A DNA stretch of 64,000 bases from Psammoneis japonica (Eukaryota), in contig QPGO01000244.1 of the NCBI GenBank assembly GCA_008632985.1, positions 29,916 through 93,915 on the forward strand, given 5' to 3'. The notes beneath the pieces are model-generated. The model worked only from the letters and a program-made list of their open reading frames with translations. It ran no database searches and had not been told where the DNA came from. Below, one piece after another: positions 22,444 through 35,461 of the stretch (positions are counted from its first letter, which is position 1; the number at the start of each line of letters is the position of its first letter). The position numbers and the translations under genes are program-made.

Positions 22444-25400
22444 ATGAGCAGCGGCAGCAACGGAGGCCTCAATGACGATATTGTGGAATTAGAGGATGCC
22501 AATGCATCATGGTGAGTGTCCTAGTCGTATTTCGAAAGATACTTCAACGTTGTATTTTTGTCGATTTCGCAAGGTTTGACTCGACGACTCGTTGGAGCTG
22601 TGATTACCTTACAATCCCGTTTTTTGCCTTACCTCTGAATGGCCACCAACATTTTGTCCGCAGGCAACCGATATATGTTTCTATTGCGATTACAATAGTT
22701 GAAAGTGTCTTCTTTTTGGTAGTATTTGAATGCGCGAGAAGAAACAAGTTTGTAGAATCAGTCCGAATGCCACCACCCCTCAGAAAGCGCAGTGGCCCTT
22801 TGAACGGATGGTTGGCTTTTGAATGGTGGCGATTTCGTTTGTCAGATACAGAATACCGCAGACTCTGTGTGGAGGAAGCTCGTTTGGAGAAACAGCGGCG
22901 TCGATTAGCAGATACGGATGATGACGACAAAACAACCGACCCCTTTGTTGTTAGAGCAGAGCGGCTCTGTTTCAGAGAGTCACCTTTCTTTGACCCATGC
23001 CAAGAGGAGGACAGTGATATTGACGAAATGGAAGCCGATTCACATGTAGAGAATGTCGTTGAGTGCGAGCCAGAGGATAGGAAGACGTGCGAAGAAGTAT
23101 GCGCCGATAAGTCGGGTGGCCTGACAAAGGACGAGACAACACCAGAATCAACCTCTGATTCTGGAAAAGAAGTGCAACTGACAAAGACAAGCAAGTCGAA
23201 GAGAAAACATAGCATTTTGCGGAAATCGACAAGAATGGAAGCTAGCGATGGTTCCTCACTCGGGAGCAGATCACCGGGGCGGACGAAAAAAGGTGTACTG
23301 AATCTCTCTTCTGGGAGCATTTCCCGACGAGTTAGGTTTAAGAATCGAATGAGTTTTTCAGTTCAAACGCCTCGAAGTAGTGATGGTGATATAATCATGG
23401 GCACAGAAGAGGCCAGTAGGCTTGCGAAGCTGCGATTCTCGCAGTATACGGTCACTGAAGACTGGGACAAGCGCACTCTCTCTGGTTTGCTCAAGTTCAT
23501 AAGGAGACGGGTATTACTGATCCAAGATAAGGACCCACGTACCGGTGAACCACAGAACTATCTCTCAGAAGATATAGCACGGCGGCCGTTGTCAGACGAA
23601 GACCAAGAGCTGTTGCGATGTGTCGGGTTAGACACTTTCATGACACTGCGGTTTCTTCTATTCGGCTTCCACATCTCTCTCTGGCCCATGTTCATTTCGC
23701 TCCCTATCTTGCTTCCCCTCTATCAGACAGGGAATGGTCCAGCTTCTGTCGGTTTCTATAGCACGACAGTCATTGCTGTTGAAAACGGAAGCTGGAGGTT
23801 CTGGGTTGTAATGGCTTTGCTTTACCTACAGTTTCTCTATATTCTGAGGAGACTGTGGACGGACTGGGAGCTCTTTCTGCCGCTACGATACGATTTCCTT
23901 GAAAATGGGGACTTTCCCGAGGAAAAGCACAAGAGACAGTACCGTGAGACAGCACTTGTGGAGTATGTTCCGACGGCACAGAGGCACGACAAGGCTCTGT
24001 ACTCTTTCTTTGACAATATATTCCCGGGCCAGATCAAGCATGCAGAAGTGCTACTGAACAACGAGCATTTGAGAAAGCTAGTTCAGACTCGAACGAAGCA
24101 CATTGTTGCATATGAAAACGTTTACGCAAAGAAAGTTCACAAACTCGCAGAATATTTGAGGTATCTAGACGAATACGCGAAGGGCGGGAGACTAAAGAGA
24201 TGCTGTCTTGTCACAAAGCATCTCCGCGAACCTAAGGAACCGACTACCATTGTTGTTCAAAAAGAGGCGCGTGAAAACCTACAAAATAAATTGTTAGACT
24301 TGGTCCCTCTGAGCAGTACTGTTAAAGACGCAAGGACATATCCCGCACTCCAGTATCACTACGAGTAAGTGACTTGTTCAAACGTTGCCCTGTTGCCGAT
24401 GAGACTTTACATTTAAAAATCGTGCATTCTCTCTTATCCTTGCTGCAGCATGATTCAACAGTTGAATCATGAAATTGATGCTGAATATATTCGTTTGGCA
24501 CAAGATCAACGGCGAGAGATCCCGAAGAAGAAGAAATCCACTTTAGCAAGAAAGCTAGGTTGGGAGTATCTCACTGGTTCAGTCTCCGGTGACTTGCATT
24601 CGAGCACCGCCTTTGTAGAATTTCGATCGCTTACGGCAAAGCAACAAGCTATTCAATGCAACATGGTGGGAACGAAGAAAAAAATGGTCGTAACACCTGT
24701 ACCAGAAGTTCGAGACGTGATTTGGGGAATGAGCACGTGTCGAGGTAAGTCGGCCACTTTGTTTCATTCGTCAAGGGTCTGCTTCGCATTTTTAATGCAA
24801 TCTCCTCATATTCTACTTGTTAACTTTCTTCATGCTGTTCATTGCATTTCAAGAGCACTAATTGTTACACGCAGGAGGTGGGCAAGCGTTTTGCTAACGG
24901 GAGGGCTACTACTCTGGTCCTTTCTGGTAACAGTGATTCGTGGATACAATGAGTACAGTGACTGGTTCAACGCTCAGAACGCATCTCTAGTTGCCCTTCT
25001 GAATGTGTACCTTCCCGCGCTATTGGTTGAAGGCCTTGTCAGGATAATTCCGTTTTTGATAAAGCTTCTTTGCAGATGGATTCGTTTCAAATCTGCGAGC
25101 GAGACTGACCACTTCATTCTTCGCTGGTACTTTGCCTATCGCCTCTTTACCTTTATCTTTGTTATTGTCGGTGACGACTTAGTTACCCAGAGTGACGACT
25201 TGATTGATGACCCAGTTGGGTGGCTGCTGGAATTGAGTCGGAGAGTAGCCGCCAGCTCTCAGTTTTTCATCTGCTACGTCATTATTACAGCGGCATTGCT
25301 CCTGGTGAGAATATCGCAGATTCACAATGTTGTTGCGTTTTTCTACCTTCACAACATCGTGCACGAAGAGTCACTGTCGCAGCGACGACTCGACAAATTG

Positions 25401-26304
25401 AGGACCAGTATGAAGGTACAGTTTAGTGCCGTTTCTTGCTTTGGTTTGAAATCCCATCTCACAGAGAGTTGCGCGTATTGTACGTGTTTCTAAACAGATT
25501 TTTCACAAAGACGAATTCATTCCGTTGTTCGTTTTTGTTTTCATGGTGGGAGCCTTGTACGGAGTCATTGCACCGCTCAGTGGCATCTTTGTCACAGGCT
25601 TCTTCCTTTTGGCGTACAAGGTTGTAAGGTACATGGCTCTCTACATCTACGGTAACAAGTATGAAGGTGGAGGGTTTCTGTTTTACACGCTTTCGACGAT
25701 TCTGTTTTGGGTTCTGTACTTGATCATTCTCGTGTTAGCTGGCTACTTGTTCGCTCATGAATCACCGGCCACTGGTGGTATATTTCTATCACTCCTCCTT
25801 ATCACCTTCTTCGTTCATTGCTACGTTCAATTGACCTTTGTAGAGCCATCGAGGATGCTTTCTTTAGCAAAGGCTTGTGATTTTGACAAGAAACACGATG
25901 TACGCACTCCATACGAACGAAAACTGGGTGCATGGATGTCGGCCAAGCAAGCTTTAGACGAAGAAGAGGAAAAAATGGCGTTTGCCATTGACGGAACTCC
26001 GGAAGATCATCAACTCCGACATTCTTCTGCGACAGAGTCAAGCGTCGATGTGCGATCATTGTCAGATGATCAGAATCTGACTGACAGCGAAATATTTCAA
26101 AAAGCAATTGACCGGTTTCAACGGCGATACGAAGAAAATAGAGGCGACGCCTATTCAGACCTCACTGACAGCGAGGTCTCCGCTGTCACAGGCGACTTCT
26201 TCATTTATCGCCAGCCTTCGTTGAATAGGGCGACGTGGGAGGTCGAGCCTAGGCCATACAGGGATGCTACTGTCGAGAGAAACGCGGTTGAAGTGTGGCG
26301 GTGA
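22444..26304 (+). CDS. OSCA/TMEM63 channel, copy B (tandem paralogue)
   Basis: Same motifs and four matching intron positions (22512-22663, 24365-24448, 24745-24853, 25416-25497); 1-bp frameshift at ~24727 in a G run, probably an assembly error. Confidence 0.88.
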
Positions 26305-26798
26305 GAAAATCGAAAATCCAATTGCGATAGGCACGGTACAAGAGTCGGGTTTTATTTTGTTGAACACCACGTCTTCCACCTTGGCGACGCCATTTAAGAA
26401 ACGGTTGGAACCGAAGAAGAGGTTGTTTTGACTGCGTGGCGCTTTCCATTGGTACGGCAGCCTTGGACCACGGGTGGGCTTTTGCATCGACAAATCCATG
26501 GTCGAATTGGGAATTTTGGATTTACCTCAAAAGGAATCGCACGACATCTTGCTTGCTGTACCCGGTTTGCCGTTGACGTGTAATTCTCGAACGGTGACAG
26601 CAAAGGAGTAGATTTTATAACACAAGACCCAACTTTCAAAAATGGAGAATCAACTTCCAACAACGGAGTCCAGGATGAATCTCTCGTGGTGTCGGCAATT
26701 GTAAGGATTCTTGCGTCTCATCCAAGTTGTCGCTGTCGGCATGAACAAGAAATGCGTCATGTCCATCTACAGCAGCAACGTCATTCGGCGAGTCGACT

Positions 26799-27170
26799 AT
26801 GCAAATTGTGCTCGTATCTCCTGCATCTGCTCCTGGAACTGCCGTTACTGCTGCAACTCCAGTGTCTTCAACTGATTCAGTTCCTGTATATATTACTGGA
26901 CACGGACCTGGAAAGTTCCCCATGGCGCTTTCTTGGCTTGCGGCGGGGCACAATCACGAAGACGTATTGGAATATTTGCTTGCTAAAAATGATGATCCAC
27001 TTCAATTGTTGGAAACGAATGCTTCAGGTGATTCCCCCATTCTTGCAGCGGCATCCAAAGGAGACGTGCAAGCTTGCAAAATGTTGATAGAGCACGCTCA
27101 AAACGGCAGCGACACGGAACAAAAACGCTCGTACCTATCCAGACGTCCTCCCACTGCACCGCAACTTTGA
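26799..27170 (+). pseudogene. Ankyrin-repeat gene fragment, apparently truncated
   Basis: LAAGHNHEDVLEYLL and NASGDSPILAAASKGDVQACKMLIE are ankyrin-like repeats; no clean start or end found. Confidence 0.6.
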
Positions 27171-29770
27171 CAGAGCAAGCTTAAGATGAGTGTCACTCTA
27201 GCTAGAGTAGTTTGATCCATTGGTTTTCTAAATGCTGTTTCGTCTTCCAGATGGTTTCTAAATGTTGACCCTTTTATCTAAGCATCCTCTTCACCATGCA
27301 TTTCATCATAGAACCGTCATCCATGTACTCGTAGTCCTTCTCAGCGTGCGCTGCGTCCGCTGTCGCAACCTTTTGCTTGAACGCATCCCAGTTAGCGCGT
27401 CCTTCTCGGACTGCTCGCGGGAGAGGCATGTCTACTGCAGTACAAATGTCGTCGATCATATCCGATTTTGGTTTGTTCCTCATGTTAGGTTTGCCACTTG
27501 ACTCGTTCGAGCCAACTAAAAACTCCAGCCCCAACCCAGCCCACTCGGACATCTGGAGCATGCCTGATTGTTCGGTCGTCACGAGAACATGTGCATTATA
27601 AAATTCTAAATTACTTAGAATGAGAGTACACTAAATTGTTGACAATGACATTTGCACAATTACATTGAAGGTTGACACATTAGAATTTATTAGCACTTGT
27701 TGCTGGATGACAAGTGCTTCACAGGTGTGGTGACTCCGCCTTTTAGACAATTCAGCCCCAGAGACTCCTGTCCATTGCACAAATCACAAATGCAGTGTGC
27801 CAACAGTTGAGTGTTGCTCCAAAGAGTGAGAAGCACTTCTTCTGTGCCACACATGCCCACACACACACCACATCACATTTTTTCTTCAACAGCCGATCAT
27901 CTGGCCATCATTCACACACAAAATCCTTGATTTCCAGTGCCACTCTCTGGGTGCATGTTCTCTCAGTCTGCATGGCTTGACAAGGTCAAGACATGGTGGC
28001 ATTTCCTTGCTGGTGCAGTTGCTTTGGCTGTTGAAACACTGCCCTCAGAGCATTGAGTTCTCAGTGCCAGCCAAGCGTGGACAGGGTTGGCATGCCACCA
28101 CTGGCGACACTGCTGCCTTGGACCCTCGCCGCCTCTTCCCTGATTGTGATGCCGATGTTGACAAGAATGGCAGCAGTTCCCCTGCTTTGTACCTTTCCTT
28201 TGATGGCAACCCTGCTGGCCTTGATGAGAGCAGTGGCATCACTGATGTCACCGCTTCCCCTGCCACTGCTGTTGATGGTGCTTCTGCCTGCCGATTCAGC
28301 CAATGAATGCTTCTGCCTCTCTGTGTCTCCCATCTGCTCCAAACAAGATTTCAGGCATTTGCACCGCTCCTTGCCAACTTCTCTGCATGAGAAATCCATT
28401 TTTAACCATGGCTTTTTTTGTGGAAAAGTTCAATGACAAATGGCTCAAACTTGCCAACAAAGAGAAATCTGCTCTTGTTGACAGAGGCAAACTGGACTAC
28501 ATCAACCGCATGCTCAAGCATGCATCCGAGATTTGCTGCCGGCCACAGGCAAAGTGCAAAGGTTGTTTGTTGTGCAAGGCCAAGCATGGTCATGGCCATT
28601 GTCAGATCAGTTTTTTGATGAACAAATTGAAGCAGATCTGCAAAGGTCTGGGTGTGGCTCCTTTCATGCATTTGTGCAATCCCAAAATGTTCATTCATTC
28701 CAATGACATGACAGTGATTCACAATGGCAACCAAGGTGCTGGTGCTTTGGTGAAAGAGTTGGACTGATGTGGTGTCCACAAGGGAGCTTCTGAGCATGGA
28801 TGTGAATTCAATGCTGCTCCCAAGAAGAACTCAGTCAAATGGCAGAAACCCAGCAACCACTGCAACATCGGCTTTGCCAGTGGCCAATCCATCCCAGCCT
28901 GCTGCTTCAAGCCACATGGTTGCCCGAGCCCAAGTCCATGTCAAGCACGGGTGAGCCCAACCCTGTGTTCACTGATGCTGCAATTAAATCTTCTGTTGCC
29001 ACGGGAATGTTGGGTGAGATGGCACCCTTCGTCCCCAATGGCCAGCACCCTTTTGCTGGTGGTCATCCGCCGTCACATCCGGAGTGCAGCATGATGTTTG
29101 GCGGCACCTTGCACCCCTGGTTCAAGATGGACTTGTCATGTTTCAGCATGACCTGCTGGCAAGTCTCAGGCTTTGATTGCAAGTGTCACGATGACACCAA
29201 GGATGGTGGCAACAGCAAAGACACTGGGCTGTTGAGCATGCAGCCAGACCCAGTGTTGCCAGTGTGTTGAAATGACATGCGATCAACTTGCAGACGCACA
29301 AGGTCTGTGATGATGCAACAAAAAATCAAGATGCCTGTGACCCATTCTGGACCAGCATGTCAGCAACTGCCAACAACTCAATTCTTCCTCTTGGCACAGC
29401 ATTGGCAGTGCACTGCATGATGGTGAGCACACCCACATGGTTGCCTGGATTTTCCACCATCAAAAACCAGTGCAACCCACTGGACCCCAACGAATGCTCC
29501 CAAGGGCATGCTGAATTAAGGTCGCACATTGGGCACTTGCCCTCACCCCACTTTTGCCCCCGAATGCCAATCTGTGAAAATGGACGTTTCTGTAAAACAC
29601 ACATGCAATTGGCGGGCATGAACAGTCAAAATGTGCGTCCAGCGGCCAGACGAGCGAATCGCGCATGGCCAGGTGCATGATGGACAGGTCGCACACAGGA
29701 TCATGCGCACTTAGAAGATGGGGCAATGAGCCAATTTTTGTGTTTGACACAACAAAGCACATGCCCCACA

Positions 29771-30129
29771 CAGTGTTGACAAACTGCAAAGTTTTCTGCA
29801 GCAATCAGATTGCAGTCAGTCCATTGCATCATTGCGGAGCAGCAATTGGTTGGTTGCAATCGCGCAGCAATTGTGCAGTCTGACAAACACATTGCAACCA
29901 GCACTCAATGCAGGAGAAAAGCCCATCGCAGGCAAAAAAATCAAGCCATTTCACCAATTTTAGCTGGAAAAAGGGCTCGAATTTTGACTGCAATCAACTG
30001 CAACAGTCGATTGTGAGATTGCGACCATGGCTCTTTCCTGACAATCAGGTCATTGCAATTGAGTTTGCAACAGCAATTGCAATCAAAGTGAGGCTGATTG
30101 CAGTCAATCCTGGCAATTGGTCAACACTG
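29771..30129. mobile_element. MITE-like element with CAGTGTTGAC terminal inverted repeats (hAT-like ends)
   Basis: CAGTGTTGAC at 29771 and GTCAACACTG ending at 30129; many internal GCAAT/ATTGC motifs; no TSD seen. Confidence 0.5.
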
Positions 30130-30304
30130 ATTTTGCAGATTAACATGGTTTTACACCACTGCCCTCCCTCCCCCAGTTTTTGCTGGAGGGTGTGCCCAAC
30201 ACACGACTTCAATTCAGTGTGCCCCAACTTGTCTGTGCAAGGTGTGTGCCTTCATTTGTGTTTGGTGTTCCAGCTGAGCTGTCTTGAGTTTTTGGTGATG
30301 CACT

Positions 30305-30420
30305 CCAGCTCCAGGTGGGACCTTGCACTGCTGAACTGTGACATCAACAGATTTTTGGATCGCGCCACGTTTTGCGTGCACATGTCTGCATGTGATCCTC
30401 TACGAAATTGTTCCATGCTC
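30305..30420 (+). repeat. Dispersed repeat (possible DNA transposon end); second copy at ~50101-50215
   Basis: AGGTGGGACCTTGCACTGCTGAACTGTGACATC versus AGGTGGGACCTCGCACTACTGAACTGTGACATC. Confidence 0.75.
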
Positions 30421-32854
30421 CCTGTTTTGCAAAGCCAGAGGCTTTCCATTTTCAACATTTGTGAGAATGAAAGTGGGCTGGGTGCATTCTTTGACATTTG
30501 CAGAATGTGCCCGGGCAAAGCAAGGAGGAACATGGAGGACAAGAGGACTTCCATCATTTCAGCAATGCACTCAAGCCTGATGCAGATGTCATGCCCAAAG
30601 ATGACTGGAAGGGCTGCGGCATGCCTGCACCTTGGAAAGAGATTTCTGTTTGAGTGGTTCCTCCTCAGCTTGACCAAATCAACAAGGCTTGTCAAACAAT
30701 GCAGCAATTTGACCGTCACTCATGATGTTGGCCAGAAGGGAAAGACAGGCACCCTGCCTTCCTAGATGGCCACACAGGCTGTTGTCAAACCAGCCAATGC
30801 AGTCACAGGAGCCATCAATTGTGAGCTTCCTGTGAAGCACTGGTTGAAAAGTGAACCCAGGATTCGTGCCTTTGGGAAGACACTGCAACATCATCTTGGG
30901 AGAGAACGTGCTGGCCTGGCAGAGCACTGCAGAGAGAGGTGGCTCAAGCCATGCCTTTGCAAGGAGAAGAAACAAGACAACCATGAAGAGCAAGAGTTTT
31001 GCAATGCCTTGTTTAAGAGCACCACTCCCATGTTTGAGTGCATCGGCATGAAGGCTCTTGCTTTTCATTTGCCTGGACAAGACAACACAGGAATGTGTGA
31101 GCATGTCATTGACAGATTCCCTTGTGGTGGTGAATTGCCAGAAAAAGATGAGACAGCTCACCATGTGAACATGAAGGTTGACATGAGTGCAAGCTCCTTG
31201 CCCAGTGTGGAGACTTTGAAGTCATTCAAGTTCCTAAGAGAACTCACAACTCCCAAGCAATGGCTTGCTGCAGATCACCCAGCGAGTCTGTTGGAACCAC
31301 TTGGTCATGGTGATGGTGTTGATTTGTCAAGCAAAGTTCTTTGAGATGCCATTGGTCTGTGACTTGATCACCATGTCAGGCATTGAAACTGGGTTGCAGT
31401 TGAGCTTTTTCTTTCAGTGTGTGCAACACCCCCCAATGATTCAGGTGCACCACTGCATGTGCCACCATTCAGCAAGACCATTTTGGCATGTGTGGGTGCA
31501 TCAGTGCTTTGTGTCTTGCTTGCCACAATTCAACATCCATTGTGGTGCAGAGTTGTCTTGGCAGTCTGACAAAGACACATGGAGAGAGTGCAGCTTGCCT
31601 CACATCTCTGCAATTGCCTTGTCTGTCACTGTTGCCAAGGGTTTGATGTCTGGCATGTCCACACAGGACACATCTTGAGACACAAACAGACCACAAAGAG
31701 TGTTTGTCCTTGGCACCAAAATGTTGCAAGCACTTTGGTTGCAATGCATGACTTGTTGTTCAGTGTCATTTTGGGACCACACTTCACAACCGGATTGGCG
31801 AGCATCATCCAGGAAACTGAGCACCAGGTCTTGGTCTCCATCATCCTCATCCTGCATGTTGACGTTGGGCATCTGTGAAAATTCAGCAGTGGCTGTGTGT
31901 TGAACAATGGCATGGTGGATTTGACTGCTTGCTTTGCTTGTTCCTCAGAGCAGTTGGTCAAAGATGACATGACATTGCAGGGCATGTCAAAAACAGACTC
32001 TGTCATGGTGGTTGGCTTGGGCACAACTGTTGGATCAAAGTGATCTGGCATCCATGGCCCCTTTGCATCATTTTCCAACAAAGCTTTGAAAATGTCATCC
32101 AGGCCATCCACTTGCTTGTTCCCACTGAAAGCATGGTGGGAATGCTTTTGCCACCATGCAATGGACACGTCATGAGATGAGAGAATCCTTTAAATTGCTG
32201 GCCCAACTCAAACTTCATCATGGACAACTGATGAATGCATCCCATGCGCCTGTGCATTGGAACTCAGCACAGGCACAATGAAGAACTCATGATCCATCCA
32301 TGCAGACAACAAGCACCCGCTGGTGCTTTGGGATGTGCTTGAAGCATCGGTTGCTTTCCTCAGAATTGTTTTCTTGTTCTTGGCATTCTTGGTCTTTGGG
32401 GTTTCCTTGTGTGTTGCTTTCTTTGTCATTTGTAACTTTGCAAGCTGCTTCCCATGCTGCGCAGTTGGGGTCATTGCTTTGACCATTCAGCTTGCACCTG
32501 ACCTCATGACAATGGACAGCTTTCCAACATCTGGAGAGCATGCCCTTGCACCTGGTCAGCACATGATTGACAGTTGGAAGTTTCAACCAAAGACACCGTG
32601 TGTGCGCCATCCCACTTAATTCACACAGCATTTCTGCAACCTTTGCATCTGACTGCATTGCCAGAAAAGTTGCAGTTGTTGCCAGGTTTTGCAAATTCAG
32701 GACTGGGGTGCTGCCCAAATTGGTTCCTTCATGACTTGAGTTGTTGGCTTTTTCACAGTGCTTGAGCACAACTGTGCCTTTATTGTGGCAACTGACAGCT
32801 TGAATCATTCACAAGTTTGGCCCGCAGAGATGCTTTTTTCTCTGGGGCAGTGAG

Positions 32855-33315
32855 TCATCCAACCTTTTTCAACAATGTGCCATCCACATTTTGCTTGGCA
32901 GGTTGAAGGCACATGGCTGTGGATGGCATCACGGAGCTCTTCAATGACTTGGGGGAATCACTGTCGGCAAACATCATGTGGATGTGTTGGAGGGACCACT
33001 TGTCCAAAAGTGTTGGAAACACATCTTTGAACACCCAGCGAGATGTGGGTTGAGTCTGGTCTGGCAAGCGCACATGCAAAAAACAAAGTGTGATCAATCC
33101 GGTGACCTGGCTGAAAATGTGAGGAGCATCCTCTTCTCATTGTTGGAGTGAGAAGTTGCATCCACCCTCACAATGTGGGGCAACATGTGGAACAATTGCT
33201 TCTCACTGCCAATGGTCCAGGCAGAACTGATGAAAAAATTGTTGCAAAAGTGAAGCTTGAAGGAATCTTGCTCTTGTTGATGCTGATCTAGAATGTTGGA
33301 GCACAACTGCTCCAA
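32855..33315 (-). mobile_element. Decayed Mutator-like (MULE) transposase core; the relic probably spans ~31400-34200
   Basis: LPHIVRVDATSHSNNEKRMLLTFS...LPDQ...RWVF...PTLL...FADSD resembles the MULE DxTxxTN...DGD region; frameshifted. Confidence 0.65.
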
Positions 33316-34474
33316 GTCTTTGACTCATCTGTCTCCATCCACTTGTGCTCAATTAAAAAGCAAAGCTGGCTGAAATCAAAGGTTTCACTGTCGGTTGGGA
33401 GCCCGGCTGGCATTTTCACCACTGGCCAGCATGCAACAGTCAACATCATCCTGGCTTTCAAAGAAATGTTGCAACTCCATTGTGCCATCCTGGAGAGTGT
33501 CATCCAATGGAGGAAGCAATGGAGCCAGACTTTCTTTGTCAGCTGCTCTCATGCCAGAACAACAGAGCAGAGTGCTGTTTTCCTCCACACAAAGTTCCAT
33601 GTTCCTCTTTCACTGTCATCCTTGTCTTGCCTCTAACTCACTCTTCCTTTTTGAACCTCTTTGTTTGCTTGGTGCCTGTTAAATCAGGGGCACATGAGGT
33701 CCACACAGCATGAACAGCATGTCAGCAAAGGGTTTGAAAAAATTTGCACTGACGTTTGAGTGTGTCACACCTGTGCAAGCTGCAAGCTGTGATGCCCAAA
33801 TCATGACATTGTTGCTGACCACCATGGGCAAGTGTGGCTCAAAAGTTTTACATGTGTGTGAGTGGGCACACATGCAAGCTTGGGCTCACAACCACTCAGA
33901 GTGGAAATCAGTGTGTTCAAAAGCAGTGAAGCCATGGGAGCTGGTGGCACATGTGCGTGAGCCATCAGCTTGGTTTTGCAGGAGCCACAGCATCTGTCAG
34001 AGAAAGAGGTTGTCCCAGAATTCCTGCCTCCACAGCAGTTTTGCAACTTCTCCCCAAGGAGAGTTGACACAAGTGAGGAAGCACATCCGCTGCTTGTGAC
34101 AACATCTGTCCACTGGGTGTGTGACTGTGAGCCACCTCGCAGGCACACACGACTGATGACTCGGTCAGCTCTGTCACCCTCCCCTGATGAGCAATCAGCA
34201 GATGCCAATCAAGAGAAAAAAAACAGCATCAAAGATGCGTGAAGAGAAGAGAGAACAGTGTGACAGATGGGAAATGTGCAACAGACAATCGCCAATTGCC
34301 CTGCAATGGTCCAGGGGCACAAGCACTGATCTGTTCAACAGCAGTGTTCCATCAATCGGTGAGCATGGCAGGCATGCAGGATCCATCCCACAACCTTGAC
34401 AAGCACATTGGCAGGGTCAATGACACCTGGAACATGTCTGGCAACAATCTTGTTGGCCTCCTGCCAGTCTTAGA

Positions 34475-34954
34475 TCACGAAATGTCAGGTGTCAATGTGT
34501 CATGATCGCTCGGTGGGGATTTGGTTATTGACCATCTCTTGACAGCCGATGAGTTGTCAGTGTGCAGGGGTGCAGGTCCCTTTTGAGGAAAGCCCAATTC
34601 CAACACTGAACGGAGGTACAAGGTTTGTTTGGCCACGGTGACACAAGCAACGAATTCGGCCTTGGGGGAGCTGGTGGCTGTGAGGGTTTGGATGGCACAG
34701 CGGTGGTTGATGGTGGCACCAGCAAGGGCATGGGCATGTCCAGTGGTGGATGCCGCGTCAATGAAGGATGGCAGCTGGAATGGGTCTACAGTGCGGGGGG
34801 AATTCGGGCAACTCGGGATCATCCTCAAGCCATCATCATCCATCTGCGCTTGAAATTGTGATGTGGTGGATCCGATCAGAATGCAAGAAAACAGCAGGGG
34901 GGTGTCTGCACACATGGGTCTTTTGGCACATGGCACAACAAATCTTTGTTGCAC
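34475..34954 (-). mobile_element. Ty1/copia RNase H relic
   Basis: QTLTATSSPKAEFVACV.VAKQTLYLRSVLELGFPQKGP.PLHTDNSSAV. Confidence 0.8.
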
Positions 34955-35461
34955 TCCATCGGAAAAAGGTTGGGCAAATGACTGTCAATGATCATTGCAA
35001 TGTCTGCTCCCTGACACCACCCGAGTCAGAAACGAGAATCCAGCATCAGTCGGACATTTTGAAAGAAACATTTAACAGAGGATCATTGTTCAAATCGATC
35101 GTCATTGCCCTTTCACCACATGAATGTTTGCGTGCTCCTGGTGGAGGGCCCTGGGCAATGTTGTGTTGTGTGATCATGGGTTCGAGGTCGCGGATTGATT
35201 GACAACGTCCGAGCTCAAGTCCTTTCTTGCCCATCATTTAATTCTCAAATCACTGTTTACAGTGTGGCATTTGTGAAATGACTTGACTCAGTGTTTGACG
35301 ATTGATTGACATGCTGGAGGAGAAGTTGGAAGAACACACAGCAATTCGGCTTCGCATCACCCATCACCTGATTTCGAACGACCGCTCTTGCCAACACTCC
35401 CACAAATGATCAATCCTAAGAAGTTGCCAACTGTCAACAACTGCTGCTCTTTCCAGCCCCA

